Source of the DNA: an uncultured Planctomycetota bacterium | GTDB lineage: Bacteria; Planctomycetota; Planctomycetia; Isosphaerales; Isosphaeraceae | Direction of reading: 5' to 3' | Assembly (NCBI GenBank): GCA_963845755.1 | Contig: CAWJTV010000041.1 | Span: 32,001 to 96,000, forward strand | Length of the DNA: 64,000 nucleotides | Translations under genes and position numbers: made by a program | Shown here: piece by piece, positions 19,145-29,210 of the stretch | Layout: the number at the start of each line of letters is the position of its first letter | Position numbering within the stretch: the first letter of the stretch is position 1 | The notes under the pieces: generated by a model | Databases searched by the model: none | The model's input: the letters and a program-made list of their open reading frames with translations, nothing else | What the model was told of the DNA's origin: nothing

Positions 19145-20080
19145 GTGCGCAAAGTGAAAAAGTTACGTGCGACCGCATTCATCCTGGCGGCGCTGGCGCT
19201 GGTCACGGGAATCCTGCTGATCCCGATGCCGCTGCACGTCCAGGGGACGTTCGTGCTCAAGCTGGCCAAGCCCGAGGTCATCTACGTCGAGACGGAAGGC
19301 CGGCTGATGGAGCTCAACGTCAAGAACGGCCAGTGGATCACCAAGGACACCGTGCTGGCCAAGCTGTCAAACCCGGAGAAGCAGAGGGAGCTGCTCCAGC
19401 GTCAGCAGGACCAGGAGGTCAGTCTCACCAAGTCCATGTTCCTGAGCCAGAATCCGGACCACCGGGCGCAGGCCATGCAGAACAAGAAGTACGCCGACCA
19501 GTTGGAGCCGATGATCAAGAAGATCACCGACCAGATCGGCAAGCTGACCCTGGTGACCACGCGGGACGGTCAGGTCGTCGGCGTGCCGCATCATTCGAGC
19601 GTGGGCCAGTGGCTCAAACCCGGCCGGCCCGGCGATCCCGAAGTCCACGCCGACCGGCCGTACTTCTGCGAGGTCGGCGATCCGCATCACCTCGAAGCCC
19701 ACATGATCCTCGACCAGTCCGACATCAACCTGATCCGCCCCGACAACCGGGCCTGGCTCAAGATCTCCGGCAAGGCCGAGACGACCTTCAAGAGCGTCGT
19801 CGAGGAGATCGCCAGCCGCAAGAGCGAGGAGGTGCCGACCGAACTTTCCAACCTGGCCGAAGGCGAGGTGGCGTCCAAGCCCGACCGCGAGACCGGCACG
19901 GCCAAGCCGCTGACCGCCGTCTACGAAATCATCATCCCGGTGGAGAATCCCGAGCTCCTGCTCGAACCAGGCCTGCGCGGAACCGCCAAGATTCAAGGCA
20001 GGCGCACTTCCTGGTATCAGGGTACGCTGGCCTGGCGGTTGCTGCGGTGGTGGAACAAAGCCTTCAACTTCCAGATCTGA
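19145..20080 (+). CDS. stand-alone paralog of the C-terminal HlyD-like domain of the upstream M50 protein
   Basis: Colinear high similarity from RKVKKLRA to WWNK.FNFQ. Confidence 0.8.
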   Translation: MRKVKKLRATAFILAALALVTGILLIPMPLHVQGTFVLKLAKPEVIYVETEGRLMELNVKNGQWITKDTVLAKLSNPEKQRELLQRQQDQEVSLTKSMFLSQNPDHRAQAMQNKKYADQLEPMIKKITDQIGKLTLVTTRDGQVVGVPHHSSVGQWLKPGRPGDPEVHADRPYFCEVGDPHHLEAHMILDQSDINLIRPDNRAWLKISGKAETTFKSVVEEIASRKSEEVPTELSNLAEGEVASKPDRETGTAKPLTAVYEIIIPVENPELLLEPGLRGTAKIQGRRTSWYQGTLAWRLLRWWNKAFNFQI

Positions 20081-20113
20081 GCGAGGATGTCAACGAGAGT
20101 GGTCTGCGCCACG

Positions 20114-21421
20114 TCACGGTCGCGAGTCGGGTTCCACGCGGATGACGCCATGGTGAATCTGCTTGGCGATGGCGGTCACGGCCCTGATGGCCACATGGCC
20201 GTGCTCGGCCAGATGATCGAGCCGTGCAGGACGGATCACCTTGATGATATGCGATCGGCGATAGCGGGAATGCGCGGCGAAGATCGAGGTGCCCGATCCG
20301 GACGCGGACGAGGTGGTCAGCGGTACCGAGATGTTGCTGGCCACCAGGCCGGCGATCAGCAACGGGCCGTCGGGCGAGCCGAGTCCGGTCGCGAGGTTGG
20401 CGCTGTCCACCACATCGCGAGGAGAGGCGGGCGAAATCGAGTGGAAGTCGGCCGCCGGGAGGCTGTAGAGCGTGGGGAGCGTCTGGGAGGCGCCGTCGAG
20501 GCTCCCCTCGCCTTCCAGCGAGCGGCCCTGATCGGCGATGGCGATGATAGCCGCCCAGGCGGGCGTCCCCAGGCTGGTCCCTCCCACGACCTGCCACGAG
20601 CCCTGGGAGGTGCCGGGTGCGGTCTCATAGACCTCGACTCCGGTGTCCGGGTCGCCAACGAAGGCGACGTCGGGCGTGCCCCGCTTGCCGGTCGTCTGGA
20701 TGCTCCTCTGATAGACCGGCTCGGCATTGTAACGGCTCAAGCCGCCACCACTGTCGTACCAGGCGGTCTCGTACAGGTAGGTCCCCGATCGGGTGACGCT
20801 CAGGGATGTTCCGCCCACGGAGAGGACATTGGGCTCGACCGCCGGCCAGTTGGTACCGCCGTCCAGGCCGTTGTCTCCGCTGGCCGCGACGAATGTGATC
20901 CCCGTATGTCCTGCGGGTGTCGTGAAATGGGACGAGGACTGGTACCGGACCTCGCTGAATCCCCAGCTCATCGAGACTACCTCGACGCCCGGGATACGTC
21001 GCGCCGTTTCCACCGCGGCCATGAGGCTCTGGCGGCTCTGCGATCTCGCTTCGACGACCACGAGATTGGCGCCGGGAGCGATCGCGTGCGCCCACTCCAC
21101 ATCCAGCGATTCCTCGAGCGCCCAGCCGCTATTGGACCTCGCACCCCCCAGGTTGATCACGGTCGGCGGCGTCTGGGGCAGGTTGAACGTCTGGTCGAAC
21201 GTGAGCAGGTCCGAGATGATGGTCGGGTCGTGGTAGGCCTCGATCAGGGCGATCGTCTCGCCCGATCCATCCCCGTGGACGGTCGCGCCGGAGGCCGATT
21301 TGAAGGTGATAGCATCCAGGCCATAGGCGTTCGTCAACTGGGCTGGGGTCAAGCCGGAGAGCAGGCAGCGGTCGTCGAGTTGCTCCAGGGCCGGCCGGAG
21401 GCCGCGACGGAGAGGTTGCAT
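20114..21421 (-). CDS. S53 (sedolisin/kumamolisin) serine peptidase, secreted
   Basis: E..LDVEWAHAIAPGA, AASGDNG, VGGTSL, PDVA and GGTSLGTP motifs; N-terminal LEQLDDRCLLS planctomycete motif. Confidence 0.9.
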   Translation of the reverse strand: MQPLRRGLRPALEQLDDRCLLSGLTPAQLTNAYGLDAITFKSASGATVHGDGSGETIALIEAYHDPTIISDLLTFDQTFNLPQTPPTVINLGGARSNSGWALEESLDVEWAHAIAPGANLVVVEARSQSRQSLMAAVETARRIPGVEVVSMSWGFSEVRYQSSSHFTTPAGHTGITFVAASGDNGLDGGTNWPAVEPNVLSVGGTSLSVTRSGTYLYETAWYDSGGGLSRYNAEPVYQRSIQTTGKRGTPDVAFVGDPDTGVEVYETAPGTSQGSWQVVGGTSLGTPAWAAIIAIADQGRSLEGEGSLDGASQTLPTLYSLPAADFHSISPASPRDVVDSANLATGLGSPDGPLLIAGLVASNISVPLTTSSASGSGTSIFAAHSRYRRSHIIKVIRPARLDHLAEHGHVAIRAVTAIAKQIHHGVIRVEPDSRP

Positions 21422-21666
21422 CAGTCACCTTTTCGTGGTGCACATCGAAGTAGGGTATCAGAGGGTCCGACAAGGGAGGCATCTTCGCTTACTAGAGAGT
21501 CTAACGTACGCCTGCCGGGAAAACGAACAAGGATTCTTGCAGTCAGCCCGCGCGACCGCCCGTTGCGTCCAGTTCTGGGGCCTGTTAGGCTTCGAACCTG
21601 GTGCCGGACACGCCGTTGTCCGGCGTGTGATGTTGCCCGAAGAGAACGAAGCACGTGGAGGCAGCG

Positions 21667-22215
21667 ATGATTCGAGGTATGGTGCGGACGATCACCACAC
21701 TGGGGCTCGGGGTCGGACTGATCCTGGTCGGTGGCATCGGCACGGCCAGGGCCGAGCTGAAAGTCGGCGACAAGGCACCCCCGTTCAAGCTCCAGGGATC
21801 CGACGGCAAGACCTACTCGCTCGAGGACTTCAAGGGCAAGTCGGCCGTGGTCATCGCCTGGTTCCCCAAGGCGTTCACCGGCGGCTGCACCAGGGAATGC
21901 AAGTCGCTCCGAGCCCATAGCAAGGCGCTCCATGAGCTGGACGTTGCGTATTTCACCGCCAGCGTTGATACGCCCGAAGAAAACAAGAAGTTCGCCGAGT
22001 CGCTCGATCTGGACTACCCGATTCTCAGCGATCCCGACAAGAGTGTGGCCAAGGCGTACGGAGTCCTCATGTCGGCTCGCCCCTTCGCCAATCGCTGGAC
22101 GTTCTACATCGACAAGGATGGGACCATCAAGGAGATCGACAAGACCGTGAAACCCGACAGCGCCGGTACGGACGTCGCCACCAAGGTCAAGGATCTCGGG
22201 CTTTCCTCCAAGTAG
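21667..22215 (+). CDS. peroxiredoxin (BCP/AhpC-TSA family), exported
   Basis: LKVGDKAPPF…FPKAFTGGCTREC…R.TFYID; signal peptide. Confidence 0.9.
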   Translation: MIRGMVRTITTLGLGVGLILVGGIGTARAELKVGDKAPPFKLQGSDGKTYSLEDFKGKSAVVIAWFPKAFTGGCTRECKSLRAHSKALHELDVAYFTASVDTPEENKKFAESLDLDYPILSDPDKSVAKAYGVLMSARPFANRWTFYIDKDGTIKEIDKTVKPDSAGTDVATKVKDLGLSSK

Positions 22216-22263
22216 GTCCGAGCGCCATGAGGATCTCATCAGATCGCGCGCGATGAGTTTCTT

Positions 22264-22809
22264 TCAAGGGCGGCGCCGGGCGCGTAGCTCGGCCCAGTGC
22301 CGCGCCTGCAAGTCGGCCCATCGTTGCTTCAGATCTCCAAGGATCTTCCAGAAGAGCCGGCTGTGCATCCGGCCGGGGACACGGCTGCACCTTCGGGCGC
22401 CGAACGATTGCGGTTCGGTGTATTCGAGGTGGTGCGCGACCTCGTGTAGGAACGTGTCGAACAGCTCGTTCAGGGGCCGGCGGCCCTCCTTGCGATCGTG
22501 GGAGTAGACCCGCACCAGGCGCCGGGACTTGTAATAGCCACCGAGCACGTGGGTAGTGGGACGGATGTTGATGTCGATGGCGAAGGAGACACGGCAAGCG
22601 TACATCTTCTCCAGGCGATTCCGAAAGAGCGGGGCCAGGGCTGAGATGGGGGGCTCGTACGGCCGGGGTGCCGGCGATGGTTGAGGCGCCGACCGTTGCG
22701 TCCAGGTCGCGGGCTCGCTCTCAACTCGCGGTTGCGGCACGCGCGGTTCGCCGGGCCCGTGAGCGCCCTCGTGTTGCCGATCCAGGATCGGTTGGGATGA
22801 ACTATCCAT
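22264..22809 (-). CDS. putative zinc metalloprotein (SprT-like HExxH)
   Basis: TFLHEVAHH…MHS..FW. Confidence 0.6.
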   Translation of the reverse strand: MDSSSQPILDRQHEGAHGPGEPRVPQPRVESEPATWTQRSAPQPSPAPRPYEPPISALAPLFRNRLEKMYACRVSFAIDINIRPTTHVLGGYYKSRRLVRVYSHDRKEGRRPLNELFDTFLHEVAHHLEYTEPQSFGARRCSRVPGRMHSRLFWKILGDLKQRWADLQARHWAELRARRRP

Positions 22810-22821
22810 CGTGGCGTTCCG

Positions 22822-23568
22822 TCAGTAAGTGGCCCGGCCGCCGCTGATGTCGTAACATTGGCCGGTCGTAAAGCTGGCTTCCGGGCTGGCCAGGTAATGG
22901 ACCAGCGCCGCGACTTCGTCAATGGTCCCGGTGCGCCCGAGCGGGATCTTTGCGATCATGTACTCGACCGTCTCCTGGGCGACCCCGTCGAGGATCGCCG
23001 TACGGATGACCGCCGGAGAGATCGCGTTGACCGTGATGTCCCCCTTGCCGGCCAGCTCCTTGGCCAGGGATTTGGTCAGGGCGATCACGGCAGCCTTGGA
23101 TGCGGAGTAAGGCAAGAGTGTCGGATTCCCCTCCTTGCCGGCGATGGAGGCCACATTGACGATCCGCCCATATCCGTGCGCCAGCATTCGGGGCACTGCG
23201 GCCTTGCAGAACAGGAACGGGCCGATGACATTGATCTCGAACACCTCGCGCACCTCGCTGACCTGGAGGTTCCAACTCTGGTCGGTCCGGCCGGTGATCC
23301 CGGCATTATTGATCAGGATCGACAACGGTCCCAACCGGGCCTCGGCCTGCTCGACGGCCCGGGCGACCTGATCCTCAGCGCGGACATCGCCTACGAGGTC
23401 CAGACCGTCGAGCCCCGCGGCGACGGTCCGGGCCAGATCTGGTTCTCGGTCGAACACGGCGACCCTGGCTCCGGCGGCATGGAGCCGTCGTGCAATCCCC
23501 GCGCCAATCCCCTGGCCAGCCCCCGTCACCAGCGCGACCTGGCCATCCAGCCGAAAAAACGCCGCCAT
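22822..23568 (-). CDS. SDR-family oxidoreductase
   Basis: TGAGQGIG, NNAG, YSASK. Confidence 0.92.
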   Translation of the reverse strand: MAAFFRLDGQVALVTGAGQGIGAGIARRLHAAGARVAVFDREPDLARTVAAGLDGLDLVGDVRAEDQVARAVEQAEARLGPLSILINNAGITGRTDQSWNLQVSEVREVFEINVIGPFLFCKAAVPRMLAHGYGRIVNVASIAGKEGNPTLLPYSASKAAVIALTKSLAKELAGKGDITVNAISPAVIRTAILDGVAQETVEYMIAKIPLGRTGTIDEVAALVHYLASPEASFTTGQCYDISGGRATY

Positions 23569-23842
23569 CGACCCGCCTCGCACCGGATTCACGGAATCTC
23601 CCGACGAACTGCAACGAAACAACTTATCAGGTCCCGAGCCGATTGGCCACCGGGATGAGGCCAGCAAGCGGATTGTGACGAATCTGCAGGGAGGATTGAA
23701 TCATCGTGCCGGGAAGATTTTGACATCATCAAGGTGGGACGTCCACAATCCAATAGACTCCGCGAGACCCTGCCGAAGGGAACCGTGGCGCGGGCTCGGC
23801 TGTCACGTGGGACGTCGAAGTTCGCCGATTGAGGAGACCCCG

Positions 23843-24583
23843 TTGACTCGACCCCAAACGACCTGGCTCCTGACCAACGACGACGGCTGGGATGCACCGG
23901 GCCTGGCCGCGCTATGGGCGGCGGCGGAAGAACTCGGCCGTTGCCGGCTGGTCGCCCCGATGAAACCGGTCTCCGGGTGTGGCCACAGCGTAACGACCCA
24001 CGCGCCGATCGCGATCACGCCCATGGGCGAGGACCGCATCGCCGTTGCGGGCACGCCGGCCGATTGCGTCCGCCTGGCGCTGGATCACCTCACGCCGGGG
24101 ATCGACTGGATCCTCTCGGGCATCAACGCCGGTGGCAACCTCGGCACCGATGTCTATCATTCGGGGACCGTCGCCGCCGTCCGCGAGGGCGTCTTCCATG
24201 GCGTGGCAGGGATCGCCCTGTCGCATTACATCGACCGCGGCCGTGCCATCGACTGGCATCGTGCGACTCGATGGGCCACGAAGGTCCTCCGCCAGTTGTT
24301 GGCCTTGCCCAAGGAACCCGGCAGCTTCTGGAACGTCAATTTTCCCCACATCGGTCCGGACGAGCCGGATCCCGAGATCGTCTTCTGCCCGCTCGACCCT
24401 TCCCCCTTGCCGCTGAATTATCGCGTTGAGAACAGCCAGGCCGTCTATACCGGCAACTACCAGTCACGGGAGCACTGGCCGGGGAACGATGTTGACGTCT
24501 GCTTCGGCGGCCAGATCGCCGTGACCTTGGTCCGCGTCTTCGATGTCGAGCCGCCGACCCATACGATTCTCCCGGGGTCGTGA
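23843..24583 (+). CDS. surE: 5'/3'-nucleotidase SurE
   Basis: LLTNDDG, SGCGHS, GTPADCV, SGINAGGN, SGTVAA. Confidence 0.92.
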   Translation: MTRPQTTWLLTNDDGWDAPGLAALWAAAEELGRCRLVAPMKPVSGCGHSVTTHAPIAITPMGEDRIAVAGTPADCVRLALDHLTPGIDWILSGINAGGNLGTDVYHSGTVAAVREGVFHGVAGIALSHYIDRGRAIDWHRATRWATKVLRQLLALPKEPGSFWNVNFPHIGPDEPDPEIVFCPLDPSPLPLNYRVENSQAVYTGNYQSREHWPGNDVDVCFGGQIAVTLVRVFDVEPPTHTILPGS

Positions 24584-24584
24584 G

Positions 24585-25004
24585 TCGTTGGTTTCCACGA
24601 ATTCTTGGACCTCGGCCCATAACCCCGGCGAGACGTCGGCTACGCCGGACTGCAACACGATGACCAGCGCCTTCGGCGGCAGGACAGCCGCGAATCTGAG
24701 CGATGGCCGCCGCGGCGATGCACGGCGAGCGACTCATGCCCGCCCCGCAGGCGACCAGGGTGGGCGTCTCGTATCGCAACAGGCCAGCAACGGTCTCGAC
24801 AGCCGCACGGAGAAGCCAGCGGGGATTGCCTGGTCCGTCGATGAGAGGGAATCGGCAATAGGCCAGCTCGCGGCTCAACGTTGCCGGGGACTCATTCAGT
24901 GCCACGTTGACGATGGCGCGGATGCCCGCCGTGTGGATGCCGCGAAGGTCGCGGACATCGCCGGCATGGCCCAGCCAGAGTGAATAGCCCGGAATCTGGC
25001 GCAT
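24585..25004 (-). CDS. dual-specificity phosphatase-like protein (frameshifted, 3' end uncertain)
   Basis: TLVACGAGMSRS (CX5R) motif. Confidence 0.75.
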
Positions 25005-25025
25005 GAAATCACCATGCCTCCCCGG

Positions 25026-25541
25026 TCATATCGTGAACTCGGCGAACTCGGGACCATATCCGACCATGCCGCCGTTCGCCGGGATACTGCCGCTGCGTAG
25101 CTCGAGGACCATGAACGCCTCATCGGCCCCGTATTCATTCCCCAGTCCATGGACATCGGCTCGGGTGAAGCCGAAGCGTTGATAGTACGCCGGCTCACCC
25201 AGCACGACGACGAAACCATGGTTGGCGCGCGTGCAGGCTGCCAGGCCCACGCGGATCAGGCGGCTGCCGATGCCTTGATGTTGGTAGCTCGGATGAACGG
25301 CGACCGGCGCCATCCCGACGCCGATTCCCTCGCCGGCCACGCCATCCATCTCGACCGGGCTGAATGCGATGTGGCCGACAATCTCATCGTCCCATTCGGC
25401 GACGAGCGAGATTACGAGGTGATCGCCTGCACGCAGAAGTTCAACCAGCCGGGCTTCGGCGGCTGTTGGGAAGGCGGCCTCGAGGACCCGCCGGATCGCG
25501 GCGGCATCGGCTGGCTGTTCGGGGCGGATTGACAGAAACAT
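25026..25541 (-). CDS. GNAT N-acetyltransferase (YhbS-like)
   Basis: VAVHPSYQHQGIGSRLI, VVLGEPAYYQRFGF. Confidence 0.9.
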   Translation of the reverse strand: MFLSIRPEQPADAAAIRRVLEAAFPTAAEARLVELLRAGDHLVISLVAEWDDEIVGHIAFSPVEMDGVAGEGIGVGMAPVAVHPSYQHQGIGSRLIRVGLAACTRANHGFVVVLGEPAYYQRFGFTRADVHGLGNEYGADEAFMVLELRSGSIPANGGMVGYGPEFAEFTI

Positions 25542-25719
25542 GAGGGGGTCTCAACTTACTGGGACGGGATCGGCCATTCCACATCGCCGGGCGTGACCCC
25601 AGCACCGGGTCAACTCGCGACGAAATCGCCGCGAGGTTCCGCTATGATGGTCATACTGGTCTGGCCGCGACGTCTTTTCAAGAGGAGCCGTCGGAGATGG
25701 CCGCCGGAGGACTTGATCC

Positions 25720-26187
25720 ATGCCACGCATTATCGGCCTCGATTATGGCACGCGTCGGGTCGGCGCGGCCCTGAGCGATCCGGGTCGGACCATCGCCTTC
25801 CCGCTCGAGGTCTATGCGTTGCGCGGGGCCAAGCACGACGCGGAGCATTACCAGGAACTCGTCGCGGAAAACGAGGTCGATCGGATCGTCATCGGCCTGC
25901 CCTTGCATACCAGTGGGCGCGAGGGCGCGCTCGCCGCGCTGGCCCGCACGTTCGGCGACTGGCTGGTCGCGGTCACGGAACGCCCGGTCGTTTTTTACGA
26001 CGAACGCTATTCCACAGTCGAGGCCGAGCAGCGCTTGATCGACGCCGGCCTCACGCATCAGAAGCGCAGGGCGCTCCGCGACCAGCTCGCCGCGCAGATC
26101 ATGCTCCAGGGCTTCCTCGATGCCGGCTGCCCCGAGACTGAGGCCGCGCCGTCGCCGTTGGCGGACACTGACGAGGCCATTCCATGA
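25720..26187 (+). CDS. ruvX: YqgF/RuvX pre-16S rRNA nuclease
   Basis: IIGLDYGTRRVGAALSD, IVIGLP, DERYST, D..AA.IMLQ. Confidence 0.92.
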   Translation: MPRIIGLDYGTRRVGAALSDPGRTIAFPLEVYALRGAKHDAEHYQELVAENEVDRIVIGLPLHTSGREGALAALARTFGDWLVAVTERPVVFYDERYSTVEAEQRLIDAGLTHQKRRALRDQLAAQIMLQGFLDAGCPETEAAPSPLADTDEAIP

Positions 26188-27048
26188 CGACTCTGATCAT
26201 CGGCTGCGGCTACCTGGGCCAGCGGTTAGGCGCCTTGCTCCTCCGAGACGATGGGCGCGTCTGCGGCACGGTGCGATCGTCGAGTCGGGCCGAGGTGCTC
26301 GACGGACTCGGGATCGAGCCGGTGATCGCCGACGTCCTTCGGCCCGCTTCATTGCGCGAGCTGCCTTCGGCCGATCGGGTTTTTTATTGCGTGGGGTTCG
26401 ACCGTTCCTCAGGGGCCGCGATGCGGGCCGTTTACGTTGACGGCTTGCAGAACGTCCTGGATCATCTCCCGCTCTCGGCGAAGCGAATCGTTTACGCCAG
26501 CTCGACGGGCGTCTATGGGCAGACGAGCGGCGAGTGGGTCGATGAGGACTCACTGACGGACCCGTTGCACGAGTCGGGCCGGGTCTGCCTTGAGGCCGAG
26601 AGACGCGTCCGCGCCTGGGCTGAGGCGCATTCCCTCACGCCGGTCGTCTTGCGATTCGCGGGTCTCTACGGGCCGGGCCGGATCGTGCGCCGGACGATCC
26701 TGGAGCGGGGCGAGCCGATCCCCGGCGACCCGGATAAGTTCCTGAACGTGGTCCACGTCGACGACGCCGTCCGAGCGTCCGCGGCAGCCCTCAATGCCGA
26801 TGCGCCCGCTTCGGTCTACTTGGTCGCGGACGATCGGCCGGTCACGCGGCGCGAGTATTACTCCGTGGCGGCGCGCTCTCGACGCGCCCGAGCCGCGATT
26901 CGCGCCCGCACCGATCGAGGGCCCCGAATCGACTCGCGACGCCACCAACAAGCGGGTTGCGAACCGTCGCATGAAACGCGGGCTTGGCGTTACGCTGCTT
27001 TATTCCGACATCACGTCCGGGCTGCCCGCGGCTTTAGAGGAAGGTTGA
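26184..27048 (+). CDS. NAD-dependent epimerase/atypical SDR, frameshift near 26880
   Basis: LIIGCGYLG, YASSTGVYG, LRFAGLYGPGR; the C-terminus (NKRVAN..MK..LG…Y) is in ORF 26794..27048. Confidence 0.85.
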
Positions 27049-27066
27049 TCCGGGAAACGCGAATGC

Positions 27067-27411
27067 TCAACCCGTCGGTGCGGGCTCGACATAGCATCGA
27101 AGTGGGCCCTTGGATGCCTTGCTCCGAGGGTCTGGCCCGTAGGCGATGACCTGGTCGCGCTTCAGCTCCGCGAGCTCCTTGTGGGTCGTGTAGACGATGG
27201 CGCGTCCAGTCGAGTGGATCCGCCAGGTTAGCTCTTCGGCCTTGGGAAGAGGATGGCGGAACAACTTGATCAGCAGGTCGATGACGTACTCGAACGTATG
27301 ATCCTCGTCGTTGAGGATCACGACGTTGTAAGGGGGCAGGCGCCGGGTCTGCTGGTCCGTGGTGACTTCGGGCTCGGCGACGGCGATGGTCGTTTCCGGC
27401 TCGTCGGCCAT
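27067..27411 (-). CDS. clpS: ATP-dependent Clp protease adaptor
   Basis: PPYNVVILNDEDHTFEYV…IHSTGRAIV. Confidence 0.92.
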   Translation of the reverse strand: MADEPETTIAVAEPEVTTDQQTRRLPPYNVVILNDEDHTFEYVIDLLIKLFRHPLPKAEELTWRIHSTGRAIVYTTHKELAELKRDQVIAYGPDPRSKASKGPLRCYVEPAPTG

Positions 27412-27544
27412 GGAATCAAGCCTCCCCAAGGGCAATAGTGCGAGTCGAGACCTCTTTTAGTCTATACTGGATTCCTCTGCGTGACAAAGCGAATCTGAGC
27501 GATTGGCACCGAGCCAATGTTCACCGAGGCGATTGGGGGAGACG

Positions 27545-27886
27545 ATGCGGGGCATGAGCCCGGGAACGGCATTGCGTCAGCTCCAGCAAGCCCAGGCCGG
27601 GCTAAAGCGGGCGCGTCAGTTGTTGAAGCAGGTCGGGGAACAAGAGCGCGCCATGGCCCCGGTCTTCGAGGCCGGCTGGACCGGCCTGGCCCAGGCGCAC
27701 CGGCTGATGGCGGAGATCCCGCCCGAAGCGGCCGATGACGCCGTGTTGACCAAGCAACTGGCCGTCCAGCGGTATGCCACGGCGTTGCTGGTCCGGCTGC
27801 GCCGGCTGCATCGGCATGGCGGGATCGATCCTGCGGACTTTTCTGACGACGACGATCGATTTGACGACGAGGACTTCGAGGATTGA
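27545..27886 (+). CDS. hypothetical helical protein with acidic tail
   Basis: Codon bias; stop overlaps the next gene's start. Confidence 0.6.
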   Translation: MRGMSPGTALRQLQQAQAGLKRARQLLKQVGEQERAMAPVFEAGWTGLAQAHRLMAEIPPEAADDAVLTKQLAVQRYATALLVRLRRLHRHGGIDPADFSDDDDRFDDEDFED

Positions 27887-29172
27887 ACGGAATGCCACGC
27901 CCGCAACGTCCCCGCGCGGCCGCCGGGGCCATGCACGTGTCCGCCCCGCGGGTCCCCGATCGCAGCCTGACACCGGAAGGGGCCCTCCCGACCATGGCCA
28001 TCCGCGCCTCGGGCACTCACACGTTCGTCTACCGCAAGATGGTCGAGGGGCCGGTCGGTGCGGCGACGCCAAACCATGGAGACCTGGTGCGCGTGGTCGA
28101 CCGCGACGGCCAGCACCTCGGCTACGCCCTCTGGAACGGCCGGTCGCAGATCAGCCTGCGATTCCTCTCGCGCGGGGCCGAGCCCCCGGGCATCGAGTTT
28201 TGGACGCGGTGCATCGAGGAGGCCGCGGCGTTGCGGACCTCGATCCTCGGCCTGGACCGGGAGACCAACGCGTACCGCGCCATCCACGCCGAGGGCGACG
28301 GACTCACCGGCCTGGTCGTCGACCGGTTCGCCGACGTCCTCTCCGTCGAGGTCTTCAGCCTGGGGATGTACCAGCGGATCGGGCCGATCTTGTCGCTCTG
28401 CGCCCATCGGCTGGGGACGTCGCATTACCGCGTGGGCGTCGATGAGCGCGTCGCACTCCAGGAGGACTTCTCCGGCCGACCGCTGGCCAGTCCGCAACTG
28501 CCGCCCCGGATCACGATCGAGGAGCATGGGATCCGCTATCGTATCCATTTCGAGGAAGGTCACAAGACCGGCTTCTTTTGCGACCAGCGCGACAATCGCC
28601 GCGACCTGGCCCGGTTCTGCGCCGGCCGTTCCGTGCTGGACCTGTGTTGCTATACCGGCGGCTTCGGGCTCAATGCCCTGGTGAGAGGCCAGGCCCGTGA
28701 GGTCACCTGCGTCGACCTGGACGAGAAGGCCGTGGCCCTGGCGCGGGAGAACGGCCATGCCAACCAGGTCAAGCTCGATGTGGTCCACGCCGATGCCTTC
28801 GGCTACACGCGGCAGATGGGCCTGAACGGCCGGACCTTCGGCGTGATCGTGCTCGATCCCCCCAAGCTGATCCCGGACCGCGACGAGATCGCGCCGGGGA
28901 AGCGGAAATACTTCGACCTGAACGTCCTGGCGATGAAGCTGGTCGAGCCGGGGGGCGTGCTGGTCACCTGCTCGTGCTCGGGATTGCTCCCCGCCCCCGA
29001 CTTCCTCGCCATCCTCCGTGCGGCGGCGCGGAAGGCGGAGCGCCCGGCCCAGCTCCTGGCCCTGGGCGGCGCAGCCGCCGACCACCCCGTCGCGCTCGAC
29101 ACTCCCGAAGGGTCCTACCTCAAAGTCGCCTGGCTCCGGATTGGCGACTCCGCGAGTAGCCCGACCACTTGA
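27883..29172 (+). CDS. class I SAM-dependent rRNA methyltransferase (RlmI-like)
   Basis: EGDGLTGLVVD, GHKTGFFCDQRDNR, VLDLCCYTGGF, LDPP, TCSCS. Confidence 0.9.
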   Translation: MNGMPRPQRPRAAAGAMHVSAPRVPDRSLTPEGALPTMAIRASGTHTFVYRKMVEGPVGAATPNHGDLVRVVDRDGQHLGYALWNGRSQISLRFLSRGAEPPGIEFWTRCIEEAAALRTSILGLDRETNAYRAIHAEGDGLTGLVVDRFADVLSVEVFSLGMYQRIGPILSLCAHRLGTSHYRVGVDERVALQEDFSGRPLASPQLPPRITIEEHGIRYRIHFEEGHKTGFFCDQRDNRRDLARFCAGRSVLDLCCYTGGFGLNALVRGQAREVTCVDLDEKAVALARENGHANQVKLDVVHADAFGYTRQMGLNGRTFGVIVLDPPKLIPDRDEIAPGKRKYFDLNVLAMKLVEPGGVLVTCSCSGLLPAPDFLAILRAAARKAERPAQLLALGGAAADHPVALDTPEGSYLKVAWLRIGDSASSPTT

Positions 29173-29210
29173 TTCGACACAAGCTGAACGAGCCGAGCGA
29201 GCCGGCCCGA

